Numbered from the stretch's first letter, positions 9,510-20,290 are shown. The stretch is DNA of 63,359 bases from a virus (IMGVR_UViG_3300013288_000004:1-63359), one strand, 5' to 3'. Program-made: numbers and translations. The notes: generated by a model from the sequence alone, not told the origin.

Positions 9510-10130
9510 ATGGCATTAATAACAGATATGGGCGTACTACCAAATGCTGGTGGAATTATCCATCCAATTGTCAAGCACAAGTGGAGAGTATTTTTCTATG
9601 GCATCGGTGGTCCTCGTGGAAACGTTCAGACATCAGGAACTGATGGAGAAATTTTAACCCTACAGGCAGTACAGGGTGATAGACCTAAATTAGAATTCGA
9701 AGAAATCGAATTACATCGTTATAATTCAAGAGCTTGGATTGCCGGTAAGCATAACTGGCAGCAAGCTACATATCAGTTCGAAGCTGATGTTGGTGGACGT
9801 GTAACTCAAATCTTCCAAGAACAGTTAGAAAAGCAACAGGCTATTATTGCGCCGGGTGCTGGTAGAGTTTTAAACTCAGCATATGCCGGTCAACAATATA
9901 AGTTCGCAATGATCTCGCAGATGATGGATGGTGATATTACCCCATTAGAGTCATGGGCACTTGAAGGTTGCTTTATTCAAGCTATTGATTATGGTGAAAA
10001 GGATTACAGCGTATCAGAAGCGATGAAATTATCCGTAACTTTCCGTTACGATCACGCACGTCAGTTAATCACTGGTATCGAAGGTATGGCTACAGGTGGT
10101 CCAGCACCACTTGGCAACAGCAACAGCTAA
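9510..10130 (+). CDS. Tail tube protein, T4 gp19-like
   Basis: RPKLEFEEIELHRYNSRAWIAGKHNW, WALEGCFI, LSVTFRYDHA; late promoter at 9469-9474; AAGGAG RBS. Confidence 0.9.
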   Translation: MALITDMGVLPNAGGIIHPIVKHKWRVFFYGIGGPRGNVQTSGTDGEILTLQAVQGDRPKLEFEEIELHRYNSRAWIAGKHNWQQATYQFEADVGGRVTQIFQEQLEKQQAIIAPGAGRVLNSAYAGQQYKFAMISQMMDGDITPLESWALEGCFIQAIDYGEKDYSVSEAMKLSVTFRYDHARQLITGIEGMATGGPAPLGNSNS

Positions 10131-10151
10131 ACCTAGTGCTGATAGTGTTAC

Positions 10152-10183
10152 AACAAAGGGGCCAATCGGCCCCTTTGTTTTTT
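10152..10183 (+). terminator. Intrinsic terminator after the tail tube gene
   Basis: AACAAAGGGGCC-AATC-GGCCCCTTTGTT followed by TTTT. Confidence 0.9.
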
Positions 10184-10199
10184 CAATAAATAGAATATA

Positions 10200-10754
10200 A
10201 TGGATTTTTATATGGCGACAGTTAGAGAAGTAATAGAAGCATTTGATAGGCAAGAATACACTCAAGTGCAAAAACTTATTCAGAATATTAGAGATGCCGC
10301 TCTTATCGGTCCCGTGCCATTTCAACCAAATGATCCATTAACAAAACAGGCAGAAATAGACAGAGCATTTCCGTATATACAAGACGTGGCTAATGGTCCA
10401 ATTTCAAAAGGAATTGAAACATTGAAAGCTACAACTATGGTTATAAATGGCTCTTCATATTCTGGTATGCAAAAATTTGGCATTTATTCTTTTGTACACG
10501 CTCCTGATTTATTCAAAAGAACAGATAATGAAAATGGAGCTATTTTAGTAGTTGATACATTATACATGAGAGATTATTATAATTTATTACGAACAATAAA
10601 CAAAACTGAGTTTAATTCTTTTACTGAATTTATGAAGAAAATATTTAAGCTGATAAAATCTGGAGCATTTGATAAAACCGCATGGTCTAATAGTATAAAA
10701 ATTGAATGTAAAAGAGTTATTAAAATTTGTGTTAACTATAGGCAAGTAGTATGA
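10200..10754 (+). CDS. Hypothetical late protein
   Basis: 184-aa ORF after a TAAATA core; true start may be 10212. Confidence 0.55.
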   Translation: MDFYMATVREVIEAFDRQEYTQVQKLIQNIRDAALIGPVPFQPNDPLTKQAEIDRAFPYIQDVANGPISKGIETLKATTMVINGSSYSGMQKFGIYSFVHAPDLFKRTDNENGAILVVDTLYMRDYYNLLRTINKTEFNSFTEFMKKIFKLIKSGAFDKTAWSNSIKIECKRVIKICVNYRQVV

Positions 10755-11629
10755 TTATTCCTCCACCGCCACCGGGCAATGGGCGCTCAAAATTATTCAA
10801 CCCGACTTGGCAATTGGGTAAAAATACATATGATTTTAGTTCGGTATTACAACAAACAAATACTCGTTTAGACGTAGACGATAGGATAATAACCAGAATC
10901 CCAGATGATATGGCAGATGGTGAGGCTCCGAAATTAAAATTTAATTTTACTGTAGAATTCGCATTTAGAGATAATGACCCAGAGGTCCAAAATGATGTAA
11001 TAAAACATCCCGGCTACGAAGAACCTTATGATAATAAATTCGCTGTCTTAAAAGTTACTAGACCCAACCCAACAGTGAATTATCATAAAGCTAACTTTTA
11101 TAATTTTAGAACTAATGTCGCCACTAATGTTGATTATGGTACGGTGAATGTGGTGTTCTACGATGACGCTTCAAATAGAGCACATGACATATTCGATCAA
11201 TATTTTACACTATTAAGTCCGGTTTTTTCTTGGGATATTGAAAGCAGAGCTAACACTATGGATCGCCACGGTTTCGGTGATAGTTCCGATGCACCGCCAG
11301 CCATGGCTGGCGGTGCTGCTGTTACCCCGGTAAACGCACCGGGAAAAAGAACTGCATCATTGGGTGAGTTAGAAGCTAGACATGGTATAATAAGATATAT
11401 TAAAATATATCATGAATATTTTGTTAAGGAATCTGGCGTAAATCAGTCCCCAGTGAGAAGGACTACCGTTTACACATATTTAAATCCTAAAATAACATCA
11501 GCTAATATGGATGAGTTGGATATGTCTCAAAGTGCTGTAACTATCGTTGATTTGACTTTCAATTATGATAGTGTGTTTGTTATTCATAAAGATTCACCTA
11601 TTACAAACAGCGGTGAAATAATTCCATAA
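10751..11629 (+). CDS. Tail-tube-like protein (tube paralog or baseplate-tube junction, gp48/gp54-like)
   Basis: PKLKFNFTVEF, VTRP, NFYNFRT, VVFYDD, NPKITS..DELD, LTFNYD motifs shared with the gp19 family. Confidence 0.7.
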   Translation: MIIPPPPPGNGRSKLFNPTWQLGKNTYDFSSVLQQTNTRLDVDDRIITRIPDDMADGEAPKLKFNFTVEFAFRDNDPEVQNDVIKHPGYEEPYDNKFAVLKVTRPNPTVNYHKANFYNFRTNVATNVDYGTVNVVFYDDASNRAHDIFDQYFTLLSPVFSWDIESRANTMDRHGFGDSSDAPPAMAGGAAVTPVNAPGKRTASLGELEARHGIIRYIKIYHEYFVKESGVNQSPVRRTTVYTYLNPKITSANMDELDMSQSAVTIVDLTFNYDSVFVIHKDSPITNSGEIIP

Positions 11630-11643
11630 TATGATATGAGATA

Positions 11644-12087
11644 ATGCGTAGAGCGAACGAAGGTAAATTCACCCCGAAGAATCTAGACAAATATATTGGA
11701 GATCATACAAAAATAATGTATAGATCTAATTTAGAATACAATGCTTTTATATTCTGTGATAATAATCCGTTTGTATTGAAATGGGGTTCAGAAATAATAA
11801 AGGTACCATATATGAAACCGTATCCAGATGGTAGTATTAGACCATCAATATACATACCGGATTTATACGTAGAGTTTATTGATAAAAATAAACAATTAAA
11901 GAAGGTTTTATTGGAAGTAAAACCAGAAAAATTCATAAATAAAAGCAAGTCCAAAAAGAGAAAAACCGCGATTGTAGAAAACTATACTTATATGATTAAT
12001 ATGATAAAAGCCGAAGCCGCACAAAAATGGTGTTCGACTAGAGGGATAGAATATAGATTCGCAATAGAAAAAAACATAATACGTTGA
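11644..12087 (+). CDS. Head completion nuclease, T4 gp4-like (TnsA-type PD-(D/E)xK)
   Basis: GKFTPKNLDKYIGD, YRSNLE, WGSE..VPY, YIPD, EVKP, K.EAA..WC. Confidence 0.9.
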   Translation: MRRANEGKFTPKNLDKYIGDHTKIMYRSNLEYNAFIFCDNNPFVLKWGSEIIKVPYMKPYPDGSIRPSIYIPDLYVEFIDKNKQLKKVLLEVKPEKFINKSKSKKRKTAIVENYTYMINMIKAEAAQKWCSTRGIEYRFAIEKNIIR

Positions 12088-12113
12088 TAAATATATAAAA
12101 TTAAGGATTTTTC

Positions 12114-13649
12114 ATGTCTATACTGCAAGAAATTATAAAAGAAATGGCTATTACAGGTGCTGGATCAATCGCTGCTAATCCTAGCGGTGGTGGAGAAATG
12201 CGTCGTCGTGATATACGTGGTGATACTAGCAGACGTGAATGGTCAGATTCATCTAGAGCGGATCAGGCTGCACGCAGAGAGGCTGGTTCCAAGATGTATG
12301 TAGACCCAAAGTCCAAACAAAGTCTAGATGCGGCTAAGGCAAAACTGAAAAAGAAGAAGTCGATTAAAAGTAAAATAAAACGTTTCTTTGGTCTAGGAGA
12401 AGCTGTAGATTTGAATGATGTGGCATCTCGTTTTAAAGACTTACAAACTGGTGCCACAGATGATGACACTGTTACTTATGGCGTTGAAGATGATCAAGGT
12501 AATTTGATGAAAGTCACTGTAAGGTCTGATGTCGCAAAAGATTTCGAAGAGAGATTAGCTCACGAAATCCAAAAGAATGCCGAATTTAATACTGACATAA
12601 ACAAAATTCCGAATAGAAATACTCCATCAATGGCAGAAGTTCTGTTTAAACTTAAAGACGAATTCGAAATCATAGATGTGGAGTTTCCAACAATTCCCAA
12701 AAACACCGTGTACAAGGCTGCTGGTGTAGATGTGCGTGAGCCAGAATCAGGGGTCGGTAAAACTGACTTAGATAATGATCTAGGATATGAAGATGATGAA
12801 TTCGGCTCACCCGATGGTGAAGATGAATTTGGACTTGGCGGTGGAGAAGGCGACGACTTAGATTCTCTAGACGGAGAGCTAGACGGCGAAGATGGTATGG
12901 GTGTACCGGGAGAGGATGATTTCTCTGATGACGAGAGTGTTGAAGATTTTTCTGGTGGCGGCGCATCTTCTGGCGGAACCGAAGGTTTGTTAAATGCTAT
13001 ATTACAGATGTTGCAATCCGATGCAGAAGCTAAAAAGGCACAGGCCGAAGCTGAAGCTGAAAAAGCTAAAGCATTACAGGCTGAATATTCGGCCAAAGCC
13101 GCAACAGCTTCTATAGCCCAACAGACAGAATTAATGGCAATGGAACAGGATATCGCCAAACAGAAAGAAAAAGAAAAAGAAGCCAGAAAGTTGGCAGATT
13201 TGGCTAAGTTCCAAGTCAAAAAATCCAATAGCTTTACATCCGAAGCAGTGAATGCGTCTGCTGCTGTGGATAAAATTTTATTAGAACTTGACGTGGTTGA
13301 TAATATGCAGTCTATAATGGCTGTTAGACGAGTCATAAACACTGCATATAGACCGCTTCCAACCGATGATGAAGCCACTAAAAAATATAAACAAACACAA
13401 AGAAGACTAGCAATGCAGGAATGGATGGCTAAAAGACGAGGCGTCCAAGTTAAAAAAACCTTTGATACGGAAAAATCTCAACAAGAACAACAACTGCAAG
13501 CCAGAGAACAAGAATTGGCCAGAAAAGAGAATGGTCAGCAACAAAATGATCAACAACAAAATGGTCAGCAACCTAATAATAAACAACCAAGACCGAGACC
13601 CGCAGTGGCTTTACCAAAAAATGAGTTCAGTGGCGCGAGTATGCGATAA
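12114..13649 (+). CDS. Acidic coiled-coil late protein, possibly prohead core/internal head protein
   Basis: D/E/G-rich middle, A/K/E coiled coil, Q-rich tail; late promoter at 12088-12093; N-terminal SILQEIIKE. Confidence 0.55.
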   Translation: MSILQEIIKEMAITGAGSIAANPSGGGEMRRRDIRGDTSRREWSDSSRADQAARREAGSKMYVDPKSKQSLDAAKAKLKKKKSIKSKIKRFFGLGEAVDLNDVASRFKDLQTGATDDDTVTYGVEDDQGNLMKVTVRSDVAKDFEERLAHEIQKNAEFNTDINKIPNRNTPSMAEVLFKLKDEFEIIDVEFPTIPKNTVYKAAGVDVREPESGVGKTDLDNDLGYEDDEFGSPDGEDEFGLGGGEGDDLDSLDGELDGEDGMGVPGEDDFSDDESVEDFSGGGASSGGTEGLLNAILQMLQSDAEAKKAQAEAEAEKAKALQAEYSAKAATASIAQQTELMAMEQDIAKQKEKEKEARKLADLAKFQVKKSNSFTSEAVNASAAVDKILLELDVVDNMQSIMAVRRVINTAYRPLPTDDEATKKYKQTQRRLAMQEWMAKRRGVQVKKTFDTEKSQQEQQLQAREQELARKENGQQQNDQQQNGQQPNNKQPRPRPAVALPKNEFSGASMR

Positions 13650-13966
13650 TGTCAGACAATATTTTTAATTATGAATTTGACTTATTGGAAGAATCTCCAA
13701 GAGTCACCAGACAGATGAAGAGAGTTGGTAACAATACAAAGAGACAGTTTCGTTGTATGTCTGGTGATAAACAAGGTCGTTTAGTTTCGGATTCCGGTAA
13801 ATGTGGAATAAAAAAAGATCCAAAAAGGGTTCTTCAAGGTAAAATGGCGGCTAGGCATAAGAAAGCTCAGAAGGCTAGAAAGTCAAAAAGAACTAAGGCT
13901 AAACCATTTTCTAGACGATTAGTTAAGTTTAATGATTTCCTTAAGGGTAAACTGAACGAAAAATAA
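13649..13966 (+). CDS. Basic hypothetical protein
   Basis: 105-aa ORF coupled to the upstream stop; K/R-rich. Confidence 0.55.
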   Translation: MSDNIFNYEFDLLEESPRVTRQMKRVGNNTKRQFRCMSGDKQGRLVSDSGKCGIKKDPKRVLQGKMAARHKKAQKARKSKRTKAKPFSRRLVKFNDFLKGKLNEK

Positions 13967-14002
13967 GATCATAAATAACTTCATATAAACTATGAGGTAA
14001 TT

Positions 14003-14635
14003 ATGTCTGTATCAAAATCCCCCTTTGTATTAATTGAAGATTTCGTTTCACCATTGTTATGTGAAGAGATAGTAGATTCTTGTTTGATAGAAGTACCAGA
14101 CACAGACGAAAATCATAAGCCAATTATGAGTGTTAGGTTCAATAGGCTAGCCGAACTGCGTTTGGGTGAGTCAATAAATGAAATACTCATTCCAGAATTG
14201 GAACAATATTATGATTTTGAATACAAGGGTATGCACCCATTTGAAATAGAGTTTTACCCACAAGGGTGTAAGAATAATAAACAAAGATGCGAGAATAGTG
14301 TCTTTGTTGCAACTAAAGGTAAGAAAAGTTGGCACAGAACAAGTTCAAAAGATTTTTGTTGCGTATTGTTCCTGAAAGATTATAGAGACAAAAAACCTCT
14401 TGACCCATACTATGAAGTCATGGGCGGTAAGCTACAATTTTTAAATCATAACTTTTCCATTAATCCAAAACGTGGTACATTAGTAGTATTCCCCGGCGAA
14501 GAACATTTTATAAACTATACAAGTGATATTTTATATGGTGATCTACATCAGGTTAGATTCTATATAGCGGCAACAAAGCCTTACATTTATGACAAGAGTA
14601 AGTTCCCCGGCGATTATACTACATGGTTTAAATAA
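14003..14635 (+). CDS. 2OG-Fe(II) oxygenase (prolyl-4-hydroxylase-like) fold protein; metal ligands look degenerate
   Basis: IEDFVSPLLCEEI, VLFL.D, GGKLQF, INPKRGTLVVFP; RCE replaces the expected HxD/E, and the distal His and Arg appear substituted. Confidence 0.7.
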   Translation: MSVSKSPFVLIEDFVSPLLCEEIVDSCLIEVPDTDENHKPIMSVRFNRLAELRLGESINEILIPELEQYYDFEYKGMHPFEIEFYPQGCKNNKQRCENSVFVATKGKKSWHRTSSKDFCCVLFLKDYRDKKPLDPYYEVMGGKLQFLNHNFSINPKRGTLVVFPGEEHFINYTSDILYGDLHQVRFYIAATKPYIYDKSKFPGDYTTWFK

Positions 14636-14700
14636 ACTATGCTACTTGCTATCGCAGGTAAAGTCATTTAAGATGTTTGTACAACATAGGAATTGACAAG

Positions 14701-15045
14701 ATGGCCAGACCAAAGAAAGAAAAACAATCAGAAAGTTTCGTAATGCCAACTAAAGAAGAAGATGTTAAGGCTCTAAAAGAGATCCTATTCGAAATCTCTG
14801 GACAACTTCAAATGATAGAAGATGCAAGGCAATCCATTTCGGATCGTTGTGAAGACATTGAAGTTGGATTCAAGATACCAAAGAAGGTAGCAAAGAAAAT
14901 GGCTACTACATGGCACAAGCAAAATTTCGATGATCTTGACCATGAAAATACCATCTTCGGCGAGGTCTATAGTAGACTATTCAAAGAGTCTGGCGAAGAG
15001 GATACACCATCTGTAGACACAGGGCCAATCAATAGTTTTAACTGA
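14701..15045 (+). CDS. dsDNA-binding protein, T4 DsbA-like
   Basis: Helical core EISGQLQMIEDARQSISD..IPKKVAKKMATTWHKQNF; directly before the polymerase. Confidence 0.65.
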   Translation: MARPKKEKQSESFVMPTKEEDVKALKEILFEISGQLQMIEDARQSISDRCEDIEVGFKIPKKVAKKMATTWHKQNFDDLDHENTIFGEVYSRLFKESGEEDTPSVDTGPINSFN

Positions 15046-17654
15046 TGTATATTTCAGCACAAGCAAGTTATGATAGATCCCATGTAAAAGTTTGGGAACG
15101 TACAGAACGGGGAAGGATTCTTAATGAATATCCTTCCCCGTTGTATTTCTATTTGGAAGATAAAGATGGTAAATATCGTGATTATAAAGACACAAAACTA
15201 AGAAAACTACAGTTTGATAATTATGATGATTACTATAATACCGCCAAGAGATTAAAAGCTCAGGGTAAAAAACTATGGGAATCTGACATTCCACTTGAAT
15301 ATAAGGTTTTATCATCTCATTATCACGATAAACTCACTGGAACATTGAATGTCGGTTTTTACGATATAGAAATCGACTATGACAAGACCAGAGGTATGCC
15401 TGACATATACAATGCTCCTTATGCGCCAATTAATGCCATATCATTATACTGTGTTCATAATGGTAAGATGCTTGTATTGGCCGTTCCGCCAGATAAGAAC
15501 TTTAAATTAGAAGACGTATCCAAAGATGTACTTGATCTAGGTGAAGTACGACTATTTAACAATGAAAAACAACTATTATTAGCATTTATCGACGAGATAG
15601 ATGACATAGACATCTTATCCGGTTGGAATAGCGAAGGTTTCGATGACGTATACATTTACCAAAGATTGAAGATGGTATGCGGTGAAGAGATTGCTAACAG
15701 ACTATCTTTTGACAAGGCCAGAAAGCCATACTTCAAAGAACAACAAGATCGTTTAAATAAAGTGAAACCAGTTTTGGTAACATCTGGTAGATGTTTAATT
15801 GACTTGATGTTAGTCATGATCAAATTTGAACCCGGAGAGCGCGACTCGTTCGCGTTAGAGGCTGTTGCAGAAGAAAAACTACCAGACTTACCCAAACTCC
15901 AATACGAAGGGAGTTTAGCAGATCTATATAAAAATGATTTCAATTTCTTCTTACGATACAATATTAGAGACTGCGAAATCCTCAAAGGATTAGAAGATAA
16001 GTTTGGTTATATAAAGTTGGCCATTCTAATGTATCATATGGATACTGGTTTACTTAATGATGTATTAGGTACAATCAGATTGACAGAAATGGCAATAATA
16101 AATTATTGCCATCATACTCTCAACATTGTTGTTAATGACAAAGAAATAGATGGTGAATTCTCCGGGGAGAAATTCGGCGGTGCATTCGTTTTACCTCCAT
16201 TGGTAGGATTACATGAATGGGTTGGGTCAATTGACGTAAATTCCCTATACCCATCATCTATGATGTCTGTAAATATTAGTTTTGATACTTTGATAGGACA
16301 ATTTGCAGAAAACGTTATTGCATATGAAAATGTGATATCAAAAACCGATAAAAAGCTATCATTCATATTTGAAGATGGTTCAGTGGAATCATTGACTGGA
16401 AAGGAATGGAATAACCTACTAAAAGAAATGAATTGTTCAATTAGTGGATATGGAACCGTCTTTTCGTTAGAAAAGAAAGGAATTATACCATCATTATTGA
16501 AAGAATGGTTTACAAAAAGGAAACAATTCAAACATAGGTCAGAAGAAAATGAAAGGAAATATCTGGAAACAGTTAAGACTGATCCCACACAATCTAAAAA
16601 ATACCTAGACGATCACCGTCTATATGATTTGATGCAAAAAGTTTTTAAGCTGAAATTGAACTCTACTTATGGCGCATGCGGAAACAGGTTCTTTAGATTC
16701 TTCGATATAAGAATGGCGGAATCAACTACTAAAACCGGAAGACAGATATTATTTCATATGTGCAAGTCGATTTCAAAATATTTGGTTGGTAAGTATGAAT
16801 ACCCAAATAACTATATCATAGCTGGCGACACTGACTCGAATTATTTTAAAACATTGACCGATAACTATGAAGATTGTACAAAAAAAGCGAAGGATATAGC
16901 AAAATATATTAACGAATCATTTAATGAATTTTCAGTTGATCATTTCTTACTATCTTCAGAGTACTTAAACATTTTTGCGGTGTCACAAGAAACCATATCA
17001 GATCGTTGTATTTTTACTAACGGTAAGAAGAACTATATGATGCATATAGTAGAAAAAGATGGTAATAAAGTTGACAAGATGGTAGTCAAGGGATTACAAA
17101 TAAAGAAAACTAATACTCCAAAACCGATAAGAAAAATGTTAACTAGCCATTTTGAAAGATTTTTGAAAGGCGAGAGTTGGTCTTCAGTTGGATTATCTAT
17201 TTTGGAAAACAGAGAGAAAATTTTAAAAGCTGAACAATTGGACCTCGATAGGTTAGGGCTACCGAAAAGAGTCAACAATCTAGAAGAATATTATGGTCAT
17301 TTTGTAAATGGTACAAAGGGTGTTACAATTCCGGGAAACTGTATGGCATCAATATTTTGGAATAAATGTTTAGAGGATTTCGATGATAAAATTTCATTAA
17401 AGATAGTATCTGGTATGAAAATAAAAACCTTTTATTTCAAAAAACCAATTGAGAAATTTAAGTCTATAGCTTTGCCAATTGATCTTGAAATTGTACCAGA
17501 ATGGTTTTATCATAATATAGAAAATAAAATTGACAGAGAACAACAAATTATTAGAATAATAGATAAGGTGTGCAAGCCATTATTAATTGCAATAGATGAA
17601 AAATTACCAACAAGAAAAACATTACTTATAGAAGAATTAGTGGAATTTGAATGA
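15045..17654 (+). CDS. Family B DNA polymerase, T4 gp43-like
   Basis: Exonuclease motifs FYDIEID, SGWNSEGFD, YNIRD; polymerase motifs SIDVNSLYPS, KLKLNSTYG, AGDTDS. Confidence 0.97.
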   Translation: MYISAQASYDRSHVKVWERTERGRILNEYPSPLYFYLEDKDGKYRDYKDTKLRKLQFDNYDDYYNTAKRLKAQGKKLWESDIPLEYKVLSSHYHDKLTGTLNVGFYDIEIDYDKTRGMPDIYNAPYAPINAISLYCVHNGKMLVLAVPPDKNFKLEDVSKDVLDLGEVRLFNNEKQLLLAFIDEIDDIDILSGWNSEGFDDVYIYQRLKMVCGEEIANRLSFDKARKPYFKEQQDRLNKVKPVLVTSGRCLIDLMLVMIKFEPGERDSFALEAVAEEKLPDLPKLQYEGSLADLYKNDFNFFLRYNIRDCEILKGLEDKFGYIKLAILMYHMDTGLLNDVLGTIRLTEMAIINYCHHTLNIVVNDKEIDGEFSGEKFGGAFVLPPLVGLHEWVGSIDVNSLYPSSMMSVNISFDTLIGQFAENVIAYENVISKTDKKLSFIFEDGSVESLTGKEWNNLLKEMNCSISGYGTVFSLEKKGIIPSLLKEWFTKRKQFKHRSEENERKYLETVKTDPTQSKKYLDDHRLYDLMQKVFKLKLNSTYGACGNRFFRFFDIRMAESTTKTGRQILFHMCKSISKYLVGKYEYPNNYIIAGDTDSNYFKTLTDNYEDCTKKAKDIAKYINESFNEFSVDHFLLSSEYLNIFAVSQETISDRCIFTNGKKNYMMHIVEKDGNKVDKMVVKGLQIKKTNTPKPIRKMLTSHFERFLKGESWSSVGLSILENREKILKAEQLDLDRLGLPKRVNNLEEYYGHFVNGTKGVTIPGNCMASIFWNKCLEDFDDKISLKIVSGMKIKTFYFKKPIEKFKSIALPIDLEIVPEWFYHNIENKIDREQQIIRIIDKVCKPLLIAIDEKLPTRKTLLIEELVEFE

Positions 17655-18364
17655 ATAAATTATTACCAAAAGATATAGAATTGATCAGACGATCAATTGA
17701 TATAGCACAATCAAATGAGATATCAGATATCTCGTTTAAAGAGAACCGAGTGGGAGGATATTCCTCTGAAGCTGGTATATTCATTTTGCAAGAATTACCA
17801 GACAAATTTTCATTTCCGCCATTAGCTTTATCTAGATTGGATTCTCTCAAGAAACGTCTGGCTATGGTGGATAACTTGTCAGAATATGATGTGTTCTACG
17901 ATGATGACGGTAAGAAGATTACCAAGCTTACTTTTAAAAGTAAGAGAACTAAAATAGAATTTAGGTGTATAGATCCGGAAAAAGTTAAAACACCATCTAG
18001 AGTGACAGATCCAGTATGGTTTTCATTCGATATGGATGCGGAGACATTGACGGTACTGAACCGTGTCACGGCAGCAATGGATACAAAAACAATATCTTTG
18101 ATAGGGAAAAAGACCACCCCCGGACTATTATTAAAAGTAGAAGATGAAAATAGGGATATATTAGAACATGAGACAGAGTCAAAAATCACTTGGTCGGATG
18201 ATGGAAGTGTGAATGAGTTCAACTTTGTATACTCTACTAAGAAAATATCTAGATTAATACGAGATGCTGTTTCCGCTAATTATAGAAACGTTAGAATAAC
18301 GAAGCGAGGCTTTATGATTACACAATCTAAAGGCGTAACAGTTTATACAGTTGCAGAAATATAA
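17651..18364 (+). CDS. Putative sliding clamp, gp45-like
   Basis: 237 aa, alternating beta/alpha pattern, coupled to PolB; no diagnostic motif. Confidence 0.5.
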   Translation: MNKLLPKDIELIRRSIDIAQSNEISDISFKENRVGGYSSEAGIFILQELPDKFSFPPLALSRLDSLKKRLAMVDNLSEYDVFYDDDGKKITKLTFKSKRTKIEFRCIDPEKVKTPSRVTDPVWFSFDMDAETLTVLNRVTAAMDTKTISLIGKKTTPGLLLKVEDENRDILEHETESKITWSDDGSVNEFNFVYSTKKISRLIRDAVSANYRNVRITKRGFMITQSKGVTVYTVAEI

Positions 18365-18377
18365 AGGAAAAAAAGAA

Positions 18378-18872
18378 ATGTTTTTAACTACTGAAAAATT
18401 ACTAAAAGACCACAGGTTCATAAAAGGTGTAGCAGATTCAATAACAAGAGTGAATCATTCATATATTTTACAACTTCTGGACAGTATTGAACTCAACCCG
18501 GAGGGAGATGAAAAGAAGAACCAATTTATAGATGCCATGTATAATTATTTACTGTCTAAAATTGAAAAGGATAATTTATTTCCAAAAATTATTGATTCTG
18601 TGTTGGATAAATTAACATCTAGCGATGAAGGTAAACAAAAAATAACAGAGATCTTAGATAAAACTAATGATATAGTTGTGGAACATAAAAAAAAATCTAA
18701 GGAACCTTGGGTAAACATAGTCGGAGATGTTTGGGATGATAATGAAGGGAAATTTAAAGTATCTTTAGACTGGAATGATTCGTTTATAGCAATGTTGCGT
18801 AAACAGGGGATAACTGGTGAAGATGAAAGTCAAGTAGTAGAAATGTGGTTGAGAGGTTTAGCCAACCAGTGA
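18378..18872 (+). CDS. Conserved phage hypothetical protein
   Basis: EPWV..G, LDWNDSFI..LR..GITGEDE..VVE.W pattern. Confidence 0.6.
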   Translation: MFLTTEKLLKDHRFIKGVADSITRVNHSYILQLLDSIELNPEGDEKKNQFIDAMYNYLLSKIEKDNLFPKIIDSVLDKLTSSDEGKQKITEILDKTNDIVVEHKKKSKEPWVNIVGDVWDDNEGKFKVSLDWNDSFIAMLRKQGITGEDESQVVEMWLRGLANQ

Positions 18873-19801
18873 AGCATTTAATATTTGATACTCATCATTT
18901 ATTGCATAGAACATTCTTCACTATTGCTGAAGAAATGGATGCTGAGACTATGTCTGCTATGGGCCTGCATAAGGCTTTAGTATCTATGAATAAATTCTAT
19001 AAGCAATTTATGCCGGATAATGTAGTCTGTGTCTTCGATAATTATTCATGGCGTAAAGAATATACAGCTAGCGATAAATGCTTATCAATCAAAAAGTACA
19101 AAGGAAACAGGAGAAAAGACTTGTCGGAAAGACAAGTCATCCAATTCCAAATATTTGATGAACATATTCAGTATTTTAAATCAATTTTAAAAGAGAAAAC
19201 CGGTATTCTAGTTTTAGAGAGAGAACGATTGGAAGCTGATGATATTATTGCAGGTTTTGTAATGTCAAAACCGGAAGACACTCATATAGTTTTGACTGGA
19301 GACAATGACTTCTTACAATTATTAAAATATGATAATGTAACTATCTACGATCCTATTCAAGACAAAGCAAAAACCCTCGAAGAATATGATTTCGATGCAG
19401 ATTATTTTATGTTTCAAAAATGTTTTCGCGGCGATGCTGGTGATAATGTTATGTCATCTTATCCAAGAATACGATCAGATAAAATAAAAAAAGCATATAC
19501 AGACGATTACACATTTGAAAATGCTCTTCAGCACACATTTGATGTAGAGTATTTTAATGAATCCGGTGAATTATGTAAAAAAACGTTTAAAACGATGGAC
19601 GTCTTTAATGAGAATTTACTATTAATGGATCTTAATAGTCAACCTGAAGATATTAAACAATTAATATCAGAAACGGTCAGCCAAACAAAACGATCAAGAT
19701 ACAACATGATTGAATTCATGAAATTTTGTAACTCAATGGGGTTGAAGAATATTTCCGAAAGTTTAACAAATTTTACAGGATTGTTAGTCGGTAAAAAATA
19801 G
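18869..19801 (+). CDS. rnh: T4-type RNase H / 5'-3' flap exonuclease
   Basis: LIFD, VFD..SWRK, YKGNR, LEADDII, TGDNDFLQL, GDAGDNV. Confidence 0.92.
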   Translation: MKHLIFDTHHLLHRTFFTIAEEMDAETMSAMGLHKALVSMNKFYKQFMPDNVVCVFDNYSWRKEYTASDKCLSIKKYKGNRRKDLSERQVIQFQIFDEHIQYFKSILKEKTGILVLERERLEADDIIAGFVMSKPEDTHIVLTGDNDFLQLLKYDNVTIYDPIQDKAKTLEEYDFDADYFMFQKCFRGDAGDNVMSSYPRIRSDKIKKAYTDDYTFENALQHTFDVEYFNESGELCKKTFKTMDVFNENLLLMDLNSQPEDIKQLISETVSQTKRSRYNMIEFMKFCNSMGLKNISESLTNFTGLLVGKK

Positions 19802-19802
19802 T

Positions 19803-20279
19803 TTACGGTCTAGGACCAGTATCTTCAGGTGGTTCAACCTTTTCTATTTTTTTATTCTGTGCGTTCTCAACGATAGGCTCTACAGGAGCCACAGGAGGCG
19901 TGTAGGGAACTATAGAGATGTTTGGCTGCGTTGTATCGTTCTTATCCCATTTACGCCCTGTAGACGCATACAGACCGAATATACCGGTAGACAGTCCTAT
20001 GATCGTTGTAACGAATGCGGATTGTGCTGCTGTAGGACCGCCAACAACATCTACGACAGTGCATGCCAGCGTTTGCGCTTTCTCTAAAGCCATTCCAGCT
20101 TCAGTGAAAAGTTGTAAAACTGCCGCATCACATCTTTCTTGTACATATGTCGGAATTTTTGTGTACCATAAATATAGTTCATTAACAAGCCACGCATAGC
20201 ACACTAGTATTAAGCGCGGCACTACGCGCCATGCGTCAACTGCTTCGGCTAATTGTAGTGATAACTTTCTAATATTCAT
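19803..20279 (-). CDS. Two-TM membrane protein, putative holin
   Basis: DAWRVVPR followed by two hydrophobic helices; PT..QSAFV motif. Confidence 0.5.
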   Translation of the reverse strand: MNIRKLSLQLAEAVDAWRVVPRLILVCYAWLVNELYLWYTKIPTYVQERCDAAVLQLFTEAGMALEKAQTLACTVVDVVGGPTAAQSAFVTTIIGLSTGIFGLYASTGRKWDKNDTTQPNISIVPYTPPVAPVEPIVENAQNKKIEKVEPPEDTGPRP

Positions 20280-20290
20280 GAAATATATTT

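Noticed and set aside
12560-13378. 272-aa antisense ORF
   Set aside because: Ser/Pro-rich mirror of the acidic low-complexity sense gene; no RBS or recognisable motif
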